From Camelus ferus (Eukaryota): a DNA stretch of 64,000 nucleotides. The notes under the pieces were generated by a model that made no database searches, was not told where the DNA came from, and saw only the letters and a list, made by a program, of their open reading frames with translations. Shown piece by piece: positions 48,540 through 61,299 of this stretch. Location: positions 34,908,001-34,972,000 of the forward strand of contig NC_045697.1 in NCBI RefSeq assembly GCF_009834535.1, given 5' to 3'. The position numbers and the translations under genes were made by a program. Each line of letters starts with the position of its first letter. Positions within the stretch are counted from its first letter, which is position 1.

Positions 48540-49130
48540 AGGCCCACTCATTCCTCACAGACACACAACCAGACCCCCTTCCCAGGCCCCTTGCATCGAG
48601 CTGGGTGGAACCCTGTGCTGTGCTGGTAAATGTTTAACACCTGACTCCAGATGGGAAAAGGCCTCCCCTGTAGTACCTGCCTATTTCCATGTTGTAAAAA
48701 TTCCACAAAGGCCTATTTCAAGACACAAACATGACGTCATTGAATGTGGAGTTGAGGGGGGGGGATGCACCTAAGCAACTTTCAGAAGCTGGGACCCGCT
48801 GCTTACAACACACCATTGAGACTGTGACTAGCTCTTATCAATGGGATTAGAGCAGAAGTGACGTGTCACTTAACAGGCAAGGAATTTTGTGCAGATGGCC
48901 TTCTCCACTCTCACCCTTTCACTCTGGCAGAACTTGGTGGCCTCAGGAGGAAGACGGTTGAAGTGGCAAGGTAGAAGGAGGCTAAAGTATTGAGTCTCTT
49001 CCTTGGGGGCTGTTTACTTCAGTGCTTAGAAACTTCTGCATTGGACTTTGCATGAGTGAGAAATAAATGTCTACTATATTAAACCATTGATATTTGGGGG
49101 CTGTTTGTTATAGCAGCCTATCCTGACTAA
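48540..49130 (+). mobile_element. MLT1 LTR with a nested MER63-type hAT MITE (48613-48818)
   Basis: MLT1 3' end GAGAAATAAATGTCTAC...TTTGTTATAGCAGCC...TGACTAA. MITE ends CTGTGCTGTGCTGGTAAATGTTTAAC and ACAACACACCATTG. Confidence 0.75.
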
Positions 49131-49245
49131 CGTATGGCCTTTAGAGAAACTGCACCTGCTCTTCAGGATACCAGATTTTTATCAATTATATGTCCTTCAG
49201 CTCAAACTCTGACCACACAGCTAATCATTTAAATTATATACCTTA

Positions 49246-50080
49246 TGTGATACTGTCATCTCTAACAACAAATATAGATTTGGTCTTTGTCCCTGTTTTG
49301 GGAACTGAACTTCTAAAACCCTTGGATTTCTTAAGTGATGAGAGCCAGAAAGGTGCCTTTTGTTATGTTTATGAGGTAACTTTTGGACCCAACTAAGGTT
49401 GGGAGCTGGTTACCAGGAGAACTAACCGTGTGATGGAAGTGTTATAACTTTTAGTCCCACCCCTCTCCCTGGGAAGGAAGGAAGAGGAGCTGGAGGTTGA
49501 ATCAATCACCAGCGGCCAATGATTTAATCAATCATGCCTATATAATAAAGCTTCCACAAAAACCCAGAAAGAGAGGGTTTGGAGAACTTCCAGGTTAGTG
49601 AACATGTGGAGGTTCCGGGAGAGTAGCTCACCCAGAGGGGCGTGGAAGCTCTGAGCTCTTTCCCTCACCTTGACCTCTGCATCTCTGCCATCTTGCTGTT
49701 CCTGAGTTACATCTTTTCAAAATAAACCAGTAATCTGGTAAGATGTTTCTCCAGGTTCCGTGAACTGCTCTAGCAAAGTAATCAAACCAGAGGAGAGGGA
49801 TCTCTGGAACCACCTACCTGTGGGTCTTCTGCCTGTGGGTCAGAAGCCCAGGTGACAACCAGTACTACTGATTGGCATCTGAAGTAGGGGGTATTCTTGT
49901 AGGACTGAGCCCATAACCTGTAGAATCTGGTGGTATCTCCAGGTAAACAGCGTTGGAATTGAATTAAATTGTAGGACACCCAGGCAGTGTTGAAGAATTG
50001 CTTGGTGGTGTAGGGGGGCAACGTCCTCTCCTCCGCCACCCCCCTGCCCCCGCTGTTGGAATTGGTGATCAGAATCCTTA
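49246..50080 (+). mobile_element. MER21-type solo LTR (~835 bp)
   Basis: Begins TGTGATACTG, with TATATAATAAAG and AATAAA (~49720). Perfect 5-bp TSD CCTTA at 49241-49245 and 50081-50085. Confidence 0.85.
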
Positions 50081-52940
50081 CCTTACAATTTCTGATCCTG
50101 CTTTAAAAACAGTCTCACTTAAAAAAATCTTCATTTAAAAACAAAGCATTATCATCATCAGGCATTTATTAAACAGCAAAGTGAATGTTTCATAATTTTA
50201 ATGAAGACTTCAAGGAAAACATTCATGAGACATTTTATTTTCAAATGTAAAGTCTTAAAAAAAACCCTCAATTATTTAAGCCATTTACAAGAGCTTTGTA
50301 TTAATTAGCAAATCATGATTCAACTCGCTTATGTAATCACTTTAACCCTTGAAATATAGCTATAAACAGATGCACCTAGGACCTTATTTTTATTTTCTCT
50401 GCAAACTTCCAACCTGAAACATAACGGCGGTTAATAAATTGTGTGTCAGGGTCATGTGACTTCATTTAAGACTGCAGGAGAATTTCTTGGCAGAATTTCT
50501 TCTAATGGTGTGGGCCCGAAAATAAGAAGTATCTAGTGAAATTTATGTGGTAACTGACCCCGCCTGGCTGTGTAACACTGCTAAGTGCAGCCGGCCGTAA
50601 GGAGGGAATTGAGTGGCTGAGAAAATGTCAGCACAAATTGACGTCATGAATCTTATTTCCTGGAACTACTTGGATCATCAAATTCTAACTCACCAATCAG
50701 ACAAGAGGGGAAAATATCCTTTCAGCATATGTTTTCCCACAACTGATGAATATCCTGCATTTCTCAGTGAGCACCCCTGCTCCCCCACTGAGGTGGCCTT
50801 TCTTTTGGATGGTGGAAATTCCCAGGAGCAAAGCTGATGTTAGACCTTCCCTCCTGCTAAGACTCTGGGCATTTAGCTCTGGGTGATGTCACCGAAGGAA
50901 GGACTCCAGGGCACAGGGCAGCTGGCTGGGCCTTTCTCTGGTGATGTTTTCCTGCTGGACGACCCCTTGGCTTTTAATACTCCAGCTTCACAGACTGCAG
51001 CCTCTCAACACATTTTTTCAGCTTAAGTTGTAGAGAAAAAAATTTTATGTATGTTCCCCAATCCAATAGCTTAAACAAAATAATACATAGGTGAAGTCTG
51101 AAGTTACTTCCCCAAACAATTGGGAGATGGCACAATGATGTGAGGATGTTTGAAAAGGGTGCCATATGTGCAGACTTGGACGTGGCTTGATCTCGTGAGT
51201 GAAGTGTTGTGACAGTCTCATAAACTGTAAGTCCAAATAAGTGGTGTTTTAGCTCCTACACATTCTAATATGAGGGTTTACTTACCTGTAGGTATGTTGG
51301 TGTTTTATTGTTTGATTTTAGGAAATTGAGTTCTGGGAACTTTTAGGAGAACAATGAGCTCTGGAAAATAGATGGCGGATCACAGTTAGAGCATCTGGCA
51401 GGGCAGCAGGGTGGAACTTAAAGATTTTCATAAAAATAGTATTAAAGGGAGTGGGGTGCCCTGTATTTCCTGCTTCTGAGATCAGATGACCTGCCTCCAG
51501 CTCTCAGTAGGTCAAATCACCCAGGAATGAATGAGCATCTTAGTAGATCCAAGCAACAGATATGGAGGGGAGAACAGGAATTTTTGTACCAATGGTCCAA
51601 AAAAAGTTGAGTACATATAAGACTGGCCAGGCATTCTGTATTCAGGTTAAAAAAAAAAAAAACAGAAAAAGGAGAATGATGGCAGAGATCTTAGTGATGG
51701 AGGCTCTCAATGTGTCTGTTTCTTGAATTCTGTTGCTGCGATAGAGACAGATTTCCTCTGTATCTGCTCCATGGCTATCATCCTGGTACCTCCTTTCAAC
51801 ATCCTCCTGGAAGTTCCCTTTGCCTCTCTTGTACATTGGATCTCCTGTTTTTTGTTTCCTGTATCTTCTTGGTCTAGGGTTTGATTTTGATGGACCAAAC
51901 CCTACAGTAACCTCATCAGAAAGAGTGCCCTGGAGGTAAGTGTTTTGAAATATTGCCTGTTGAAATTTTCTTTATCGTAGCCTGTTAATTTATGCATAGA
52001 GTAGCTAGGTCAAGAATTTTACATCAGCCATCATTTTCCTTCTGAATTATGAAGGCATACCTTAAATTTTTTTTCATTTCTGAATATTGTCTTTGGTTCT
52101 TTTTCAAAACCACTGTGTCATTCTCACAATCCCTTGTTTCCTGATGATATTTTTAAGTCTAGTTCTTTGAACTTGGAAAGCATAGGTTAAAGTTCACGAC
52201 CAATCATTCCAACATTGGTTCTCACTTGGGTTCGTGTCTTGTTTTCTGGTGTGCTTCTGCAGCTTGATGGACATCACCTGAGAAAAATGATTTGCGGCGG
52301 TTCTCTGGGGCCTCGGCTGGATGTGCCTTCCTGCAGGGCTTTGCGTGTGTTTCTGCCAGGTGCCTACGGGCACTATCTGGAAGGACCTCACCAAGTTGGA
52401 GAGGTTCCTGGCCCACCCAGGTTATGCGTATCCTGAATACAATTGCACGGAGGACCAATCTGTGGGTACAACCTCCATAGGATGCCTTCTCTTCCTCCCT
52501 GCACCCCCATCTTTCACTGCTGCTCCCCAGGCAGCACCACGGCTGTCCTCTCTACAAGTTTCCGCAGCTCAGGGGAGGGAGAGCGAGTCTAGCTCGGGTT
52601 TGCCGTTCTTGCTCTGTTGTTCTGCTGGCCTCTCTGCGTATGTGCTCTAGTCTGAAAAGTGACCTGAGAGTTCCCAGCTGTCTTTTCCTGTCTTTACTTT
52701 TTTAAAGGTATCTTTATTTTCAGAAATAGACTATCCAGTTTTTCTGTTTTCAGCAGAAGGATTTGCTCAGTCACCTGGCGTGCTGTTACTGGAAACAGAA
52801 ATGCTCTGTTGACTTCTTGCCTCTAGTATTATTGTTAAGGGATCCAAAGCCATTCTGATTCCTGATCCTTTATATATGATTAGTTATTTGTTATTGTTTT
52901 TACTTTCGCTATCTCTGTAAACTAATAAATTGATACTAGT

Positions 52941-53463
52941 AGCTACTCACAATAGCCAAGATGTGGAAACAACCTAAATGTCCACCAACAGATAAATGGA
53001 TAAAGAAATACAGTGGAATATTACTCAGCCACAAAAAAGAATGAAATAATGCCATTTGCAGCAACATGTATGGACTAGAGATTATCATATTAAGTAAATC
53101 AGACAAAGACAAATGTCATATGATATCACTTATGTGTAGAATCTAAAAAAATAGATACAAATTTTATTTATAAACCAGAAATAGACTCATGGACATAGAA
53201 AACAAACTGTGGTTCCCAGAGAGGAATGGTGTGGGGAAGGGATATATTAGGAGTTTGAGATTAATAGATACACATTATTATATATAAAATAAACAATAAG
53301 GACCCACTGTGTAGCACAGGAAACTATATTCAATTTCTTATAATGAGCTGTAATGGAAAAGAATCTGAAAAATGTATATGCATATATATAACTGAATCAC
53401 TTTGCTGTGCACCTGAAACTAACATTGTAAATCAACTACATTTCAATAAAAAATAAGAATTAA
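52941..53463 (+). mobile_element. L1 3' end
   Basis: ACAATAGCCAAGATGTGGAAACAACCTAAATGTCC...AACTGAATCACTTTGCTG...AATAAAAAATAAG. Imperfect TSD AAATTGAT(AC/GG)TAGTA. Confidence 0.92.
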
Positions 53464-53660
53464 AAAATTGATGGTAGTATTGTAAAATTTCATAATGTTG
53501 TTCTTTGATGTGGGTCTGCTTTAGTCATTGTGCTGGGCTGTCAGCGGGCTCTTTCAATCTGCAGGTCGCATCCTTAGATTCTAAGAAATCTCCTTGAGTT
53601 ACTTCACTATTCTCCTTCTGGGAATGCCTGTCAGATACTGTACCTCATTTACTGGCCCTC

Positions 53661-53950
53661 TGTTATGGACTGAATGTGTGTGTGTCCCAAAATTCATAGG
53701 TTGAAATCTAATCTAATGTGACAGGAGGTAGGGCCCTTAGAAGGTAATTAGGTCATGAGGTGGAGCCCTCATGAGTGGAATTAGTGCCCTTATGAGAAGG
53801 GACCAAAGAAGTGGCTCACTTTCTGTCGTGTGAGGATATTGAAAGAAGTCTGCACCCCTAAAGAGGGCTCTCACCAGAACCCGACCATGTTGGTACCCTA
53901 ATCTCCGACTTCTGGCCTCCAGAAATTGAGAGAGAAAATTCTGTCGTGGA
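53661..53950 (+). mobile_element. MLT1A-type MaLR LTR, 3'-truncated
   Basis: TGTTATGGACTGAATG...GTCCCAAAATTCATAGGTTGAAATC...GGCCTCCAGAA. Confidence 0.85.
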
Positions 53951-55249
53951 TTGTTCCATTTCTGCTTCCGTGTTTTTAAATTTCAAGACCTCTTCTTTTT
54001 GTTTCTTCTAAATGTTCCTTTTTATAGCATACCGTTCTTATTTTGTGAATGCAATATTCATGTCTGTAGGAATCTTTTTTAAATTTAAAAAGTTTTATTT
54101 CCCCTGCTTGGTTTCTATTTTTGTATGTGGCTTGTTTCCTTGCTTGTATGGGCCTCCACCTTCCCCAGTGGAGGATTTTTAGGATGTCTAGTAATCTTTG
54201 GTTGTCCGCTCCTGCTTAAGAGAGAAAGACTAAAAAGCCTATTGGAAGCTCTGGGCAGAAGGGTGGGATTTGTCTTACCTTCAGGGTGATCTGGGCCATT
54301 TTATTAGGGAGACTCCAGGGTCATTATGTTTTGACCCTAGCTGCCAGGCTCTGGGAGCAAAGTGGGGGAAAGAAGGCTAAGGCAGTCACAGTGTCTTGTG
54401 TGCACATGTTCGCCTCTTGTTTCTGCTTACTGTATCTGTGCCATCAGCTACGTCTGACGTCTCCGCTGCGGGCAGCCTTTCGCCCTCTGTAGAGAGGAAC
54501 CCTCTAGTCTAGGGGAGGTTGTCTAGAGACCTAAACTGTGGAGCATATCTGGACGTTTAACTCCCCCTCTTCCTTCTCCTCTTTCTCCTCATCCTACTTG
54601 TCCTCCTTTTCTTCTTTGTTGAAAAAAAAAATTTATTGAGCTATAATCTACAGAGAAATGCACAGATTTTTAGGGTGGACCTAACTAACTGCTTCTTACA
54701 TGATCCTAATTTTAGCCCATCTTTCACACCATCTTCTTGAAGTATGCAGTGCTGTCCATTTGTGAGCCTTTGGGGAATCTGGGGTGTAAATCGAGTGAGT
54801 GGTGTAATCAAACCCCGGTCTGAGGGAGAGAAGGATGGCTCTAGTTACTCACTGTCTTAGGAGACATGTCTTTCCCTTTGTTTTCCTTCCCTAGCACCTG
54901 GACTGAGATGAACAACTTACATCTCTAGGTGCTTTGCCTTTGTTAAGGGGCAGTTTTCCCTCCTACCTTTGTAAGAACGGTGCAGCCCTTCAAGGTCCCT
55001 GATATAATGTGGTGTCTCACCTCCAACTCCTGTCTCCTGGGTCCTGGCCCCCTGACTCCCTACCCAGCCTCTCCCCCAGGGCTCCGGGTTCCTACTTTCT
55101 GCAAATGCTTTCAGTAAAAGGTCAGCTTCAGCACTAGTTCACTATTCTCCAGTCCTGATTTTCAAAAGATAGTTATTGTATTTAATTCAACAGTTTAGGT
55201 CTTCTGTCACTAGAGGATTTTTCAGGATATTTAGTCCACAGTATTGCTG

Positions 55250-56040
55250 GAACAGTTCATCTTGTTAAATCCTATTCCTCTTTACAGGCTCAATTCAAAG
55301 GTCACCTCTTATGTAAAGGCTTCCCCCATTCTCCCGGAGGGGGAGACCTTCCTCTAAGCTTCCACGGTCCCTTGTGACACTCCTGCTCCAGCTGTAACTC
55401 ACTTGGAAGGTTGCTTTGTCTGTGTGCTCACATACCTGTCTCCACCACCCATTATGATCTCAACGAATACACTTCCCAATGCACCTCTTACCAACTACCT
55501 CTTTCAGAGAGCCTGCCACCTAGGGGGTAATTAATACTCAATGAATTAAAAGGAAAGTAATTAATAATGTGTTAATGCCATAGTTCAAATTCTAACAAGG
55601 CTCCCAATCACATTGGTTGGGAAGTAGTAGATATCCGTGTATTTAATGCAAACGCGTATTGGGTGCCTTCATTTGGTCTCTGAAACATGCCAAGCTTGTT
55701 CTCATCTCAAGGTCTTTGCATTACTGTCCTTCTGTTTGGAATGCTCTTCCCCTGGATGTTTACATGGCTGCCACCTTCCCCTCATGTAGCTCTCACCTTG
55801 GATGCCACCTCCATAGAGAAGGCTCCGCTAATGTCCGCATGCCCAGTCATAGCACCCTATTTTCTCTTCCTAGTAGCAAGCATTACAGCATATAGTTCTA
55901 TAATCAACTAAAATTAACTTATTTATGTATTCAAAAATAAGCACATTAAATGCAATCTATGCAGTAGCATCCCCAGGACCTAGAAGGATGCTGGCCACAC
56001 AATAGATACTCAATGAATAATTTGTTGACTAATTGCCTAA
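55250..56040 (+). mobile_element. L2 fragments
   Basis: GGTCTTTGCATTACTGTCCTTCTGTTTGGAATGCTCTTCCCC...ATACTCAATGAATAATTTGTTGAC. Confidence 0.6.
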
Positions 56041-57087
56041 TATGTACAGGTGCAAGAGATTTTGGAAAATGAGGAATTGGCCCTGACAGGTTCACTGAAC
56101 AGTTTATTTAATCAAAAGTGGATCTTCTTTTGGACCGCTTTTGAGATTTTTTCCCACGTGTGTGGTGAACAACTAGCAACATCTGCCTTTTTCTAGGCTG
56201 AAGTTATCTGTTATGCTCTGTGATTCTGGGGACCTTGCTGGTCACTTAATTATGCATTTAATTTTGTTTTCTAAGTACAGTCCTGCTTTGTCTGTAGGTA
56301 GTACCAGCTTTGGTCCCTCTAGTCATGGAGTTAGGTCTGATCCTTTGAGGTGTGGCTTGGGTTCAGCCCACGCATTTCTTCTAAAGAATGCCTGCCTCCC
56401 CACCTGTTTATCCCACGAAGTAGTCTGTGTGCTCAGTAGGAAGGAGGCATAAGGGTGCAGATGAGGGAGAACACACTGCAGTGGGGATCTAGAAAAACGA
56501 GGTGGCACATGGCATCAGAGGATGAGAAGAGAGGGTATGCCTGAGCAGTGGGATAAAGGGGAAAAAAAGCAAATCAGAGAGGCCTCTGAATTAACTTGGA
56601 TTAACTTTGATACTCAGTCCAGGGTCAGTTTTGCCCAGAATTGGTCTGAAAAGATGCCGTTCCTCTTAACTTCTCTTGGTGAGAAACCTTGCATGAAAGT
56701 GGAGGAAGGAAGGGGGCTTGAGATGGTCTTTTTTGCTCTGGGACATGAGCTTCTTACCTGACAAGGAACATGGGGAAGCAGAGCATAGATTTCTCCTTTC
56801 ATTCTATGAATGTTCTCATCTCTGTGGCCCAGTGACCACACTGCCTTTCACTTTTCTCCTGCTCCAGGAAGCCAGGTCATGGTATAAGCCAAGCTTTGAC
56901 CCTGCAGGCAAAATAAATATTCCTTGGAAGTTTTCTGACCAAGTCCAGCCTCACATGCACGAAGCTCCCAGCCGTGATCCTTCAGCTCTGGTGTGTAAAG
57001 GGTTTGTTAAAAGTGCCGATCAATCCTCCCTCAGATGTTACGGTTCATTGGGTTGAATGGTGGGGAGCGGGGTCCAGGAATTCACAA

Positions 57088-57155
57088 CTTCTTCCTTCCT
57101 TCCTTCCTTCCTTCCTTCCTTCCTTCCTTCCTTCCTTCCTTCCTTCCTTCCTTCC
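57088..57155. repeat. (CCTT)n microsatellite
   Basis: About 16 tandem CCTT units. Confidence 0.97.
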
Positions 57156-57389
57156 TCCCTTAAAATTTGTTTCCTCTGACAAGTTATAAGACAAGCACCC
57201 AGTTTGCTTGAATTTTAAAAGGATCCTTCCTTCGCCCCACTTGAATGACCAATGAAGACATAAGTCCAGTTGACAAAGTGAAGAGGGGATGCAGATATCT
57301 GCATCTTAACCTGGCACCACCAGTGATGCTGATACAGCGGATGTGTGGATCACTCTTTCCTAAAACTGGCTTTTAGAAAACAGTGACAG

Positions 57390-57802
57390 TAGCATTTAGT
57401 GACATTTACCTGTTACTAAATGTTCGCCATGAGCTAGGCACTGTGCTAACACCTTACGTGTGTTCTCTTTCTTAATCCTCACAACAGCTCACCAGCTAGT
57501 GGAGTGCTATCATTAGACAAAGACACAGACTGAGCAGTCAGCTACAATTTGTAAGTGGTGAATCCTGGGCTTAAGTCCAAAGGTCTCTGATTTCAAAGCC
57601 CACGCCCTTGCATTGGGCTGGGAATTCTCTGGAGGAGTCCCTGGACCCTTGCTACTCGAAGTGTGGTCCTTGGAAAACATATCTCTGGGAACTTCTCAGA
57701 AATGGAGACTCTCGGGCCCCACCCCACACCCTGGGAATCAGAATCTGTATTTTAACAAGATCTCCAGGTGATGTCTATACACATTAAAGTTTGAGAAGCG
57801 CT
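57390..57802. mobile_element. MIR (57390-57610, -) followed by a MER5A1-type MITE (57645-57802)
   Basis: AGGCACTGTGCTAAC...TTAATCCTCACAAC; TGCTACTCGAAGTGTGGTCC...AGTTTGAGAAGCGCT. Confidence 0.8.
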
Positions 57803-58847
57803 AATCTCGTATATTTTATTATTCATTTGTGTGCCATCTCATGCCAAAATTAGTAGTATGGTTTCCTATTATATATATCATGGAAATACCTTATAGCTAG
57901 GCAATGTAATTCATATTGGTTTATGAGGTTTGAGTCATCCACTCAACTCGATTTAGCTGAACCCAATTTTATTATTCTCACCCAGACTATTACAGTTATC
58001 TCCTATTTGACTTATCTGCCGTCAGTCTCTCCCATCTTCTATCCATCTGTGCAAATAAGTTTTGCTTTTTTTTTAAAGCAGTGGAGCCTTTATTAAAACA
58101 AAATTTTGGTGAAAGACCTGTAATAGTAAGATAAAAGTGCAGCTGCTGTGGTTGAAGTGTGTTTTGTATGTTTGTGTCGGGGGGGCAGTTTTGGGCTCTG
58201 TCTCCTTACCTGTCCCCCCCAGTTCCCAGGACACCGTCCCTGAACCTCCAGGTGTCTGTGGAGCACAGATGGCCATCCTTGCTCTAGCAGTGCCCAGCCT
58301 CGTCATCCTAACTCTTTCATGATCAGTTGTGTGGCACATTGTAAATCACTTAGTAACAGTTGAAGTGCCAAAGTTGGTGATAAATTTACTTTGTGAAAAA
58401 TCACTTGCATTTCAGGATGCTTTCTTAAAGATGAAGTCCCCCGTATTAGTTACACACGGGGAACTGGGAAGATGTCATCGTGGCTGTCTTGGTGGAAGAG
58501 AGTTGAGAGTCATGGATGCGGGCTGGCCTCTATGCTGCTGCCAGAGAGAGTTTCCTTAAAAATGTTGCTTCTTTGCATTAAACTCAGCCCTCCACAGCCT
58601 ACAGAATCAAGGCCTCGTGCAAAGTGGATTCCTGACGTCCAGTGCCTGCCTCTAGTCCCTCCCGGGCCCAGCAGTTCTTCCTGCCTTTGAGCTCTTTGCT
58701 GGTCTTTGCAGCTCTTGGCTATTCTTTGCTACCCTTACCTGGTGTCTCATCCTTTTACATTTGTCTGTGAATTACAGGGATTGTCTAACTCATCTTTGTA
58801 CCCTCAGGGCCTGGAAAGCAGTGGGACGACAAGTTATTACTTCCTTC

Positions 58848-59413
58848 TTTTTTCTTTTTTTGATTGAAGTATATAGTTGATTTACAATGATTGTGTTATT
58901 TACAGGTGTACAGCAAAGTGATTCAGTTATACATATACATATATGTATATATTCTTTTATAGATTCTTTCCTATTATAGGTTATCACAAGATACTGAATA
59001 TAGTTCCCTGTGCTCTACAGTAGGTCCTAGTTGTATCTATCTTATATATAGTGTGTATCTGTTAATCCCAAACTCCTAATTTATCGCTCCCCCTCCACAC
59101 CTGTCCCCTTTGGTAACCGCAAGTTTGTTTTCTATGTCTGGGAGTCTACTTCTGTTTTGTAAATAAGTTCATCTGTATCATTTTTTAGATTCTACATGTA
59201 AGTGATATCATACGAGATTTGTCTTTGTCTGTCTGACATACTTAGTATGATCATCTTTAGGTCCCTCCATGTTGTTTGCAGATAGCATTGTTTCATTCTT
59301 TTTTATGGCTGAGTAATATCCTGTTGTGTTTATATACACCACATCTTCTTTACCCAGTCATCTGTCGATGGACATTTAGGTTACTTCCGTGTCTCCATGC
59401 TGTGAATACTGGG
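58848..59413 (-). mobile_element. L1 3' end
   Basis: Poly(T) followed by GATTGAAGTATATAGTTGATTTACAATG...GATGGACATTTAGGTT. Imperfect TSD TATT(A/T)CTTCCTT. Confidence 0.92.
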
Positions 59414-60386
59414 GTATTTCTTCCTTTCTAAATGAAGCAAATGAAAGAAAGTTACCTTGTAGTTTAGATTCCATCTTCTTTCCTTTGTTCAAGGTGACAC
59501 TTAGACATACTCCTTTGAGTAAAAATAAAATACAATATGCTCCTCAGGGCTCTAACTTAACATAAAGATTTTCCAAATTCTAGTTTTTCTGTATGAATAA
59601 GAATTACTTATGTTGATTCCCTAAAGCAGCAGCAGTACTTTATCATCCCAATCATTTTCCATTTGCATGAGAGATACACATCAGAAATTTCCTTTTTGGT
59701 GCTAAACCCAGCAGTGCACAGAACCAGGCTTTTTAAAAAGTAATTCATTAGTTTGGAAATAGGAAGTGACAAGAGGTAATTGATCTGTTTCAATTTGCTC
59801 TCACAGGGGATAGCTTTGATTTCTTTGTCCCATGGCCCCTTTTGATTTAGTAGATGTATTTTCCAGAAAATTCTTATGGTTTTTTTTTTCAATTCCATGG
59901 GGAGCAAATTGTAGACTGTTTTAAATCACAAATGTAGACCTCTCAGCCTCCATCTCTACTTTCCTCTTATAACTAAATATAGAAATTAGTCAATGCCAGC
60001 GTCTCCCGCTCTTGCCTTCCTCCATCTCAGCATTCTGCCCAACCTTCTTTATTCTCTGCTTTCCCCTCCCCCGCAGAGATTTTAATTTTGTTAAAACGTT
60101 TTTACTGCGGCTGTGACTCAAGCAGCTCAGCTGGCTGCAGAAACACAATGTCATTTAATATTCCAGCCACAGCCCAGACAGTTCTACGTCAGGTCATTGG
60201 GAGCAGAGCTGTTGCGACGGCTTTCTGACAATGATTGGCAACAACACCCTGCTGCGGAAAACAGCATGGAAACCAGCTAGTATGCCCTGCACGGCATTTC
60301 TGCTTTCAGACCAAACTACAGATCGCAGCCAAAGTAACGGAAGTGGGCGTGGTCACCAGATGATGCTATTACACTAAAGCCACACT

Positions 60387-61050
60387 CTTTTTTTTTTTTT
60401 TTTTTTTTTGAAGTATAGTCAGTTCACAATGTTGTGTCAATTTCTCGGGTACAGCACACTGTTTCATATGTATACATACATATATTCATTTTCATATTAT
60501 TTTTTATTATAGGTTACTACAAGATATTGAATATAGTTCCTTGCCATACAGAAGAAACTTATTGTTTATCTTATATATAGTAGCTAATATTTGCAAATCT
60601 CGAAATCTCAGTTTACCCCTTCCCATTCTGTTTCTCCCCAGTAACTATAAGTTTTTCTATGTCTGTGAGTCTGTTTCTGTTTTGTAAATAAGTTCATTAA
60701 TGTCTTCGTTTTTCTTTTTTTAGATTTGCCCATATAAGTGATAACATGTTATTTCTCATTCTCTTCTTGGCTTACTTCACTTAGAAAGACGATCTTCAGA
60801 TCCATCCATGTTGCTGCAAATGGCATTATTTTATTCTTTTTTATGGCTGAGTAGTATTCCATCATATATTTATGTACCACATCTTCTTTATCCAGTCATC
60901 TGTCGATGGACATTTAGGTTGTTTCCATGTCTTGGCTATTGTAAATAGTGCTGCCATGAACATTGGGGTGCATGTGTCTTTTCAAATTAGAGTTCCCTCC
61001 TGATATATGCTCAGGAGTGGGACTGCTGGATCATATGTTAAGTTCATTTA
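60387..61050 (-). mobile_element. Young L1 3' end
   Basis: Long poly(T) followed by GAAGTATAGTCAGTTCACAATG...GGGACTGCTGGATCATATG. Confidence 0.93.
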
Positions 61051-61299
61051 TTGCATTTTGAAATATGTCTTCTTACACTCTCAACTCCAGCCCTCATTAA
61101 GCCCTTCTGGAATGCCTGTTAGATGTATTTGGAGGTTTTCCATTACTCTGTGGTGGACTTGTCTGTGCCTTTAAAAAGATGTTTGTTATCTTTTATGCAG
61201 CATGTCTGGGTATTTTTTGTAAAAGAAGGATTTTCAGCTTCCTGAATCAATCATATTATCAGAAAGTGGAGGTAGGTATAAAAATTGCCGTAGTCTGCC

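Larger units (their letters stand above)
51700..55250 (-). mobile_element. Ancient L1M/HAL1 5'-UTR and ORF1 fragments, interrupted by a younger L1 and an MLT1A
   Basis: T-rich degenerate antisense ORF1-like text, with a GC-richer 5'-UTR-like segment at ~52250-52660. Confidence 0.5.

Noticed and set aside
52194..52650. Cluster of overlapping ORFs suggesting a processed pseudogene
   Set aside because: No recognisable protein. It reads as a GC-richer old L1 5' UTR/ORF1 start on the - strand.
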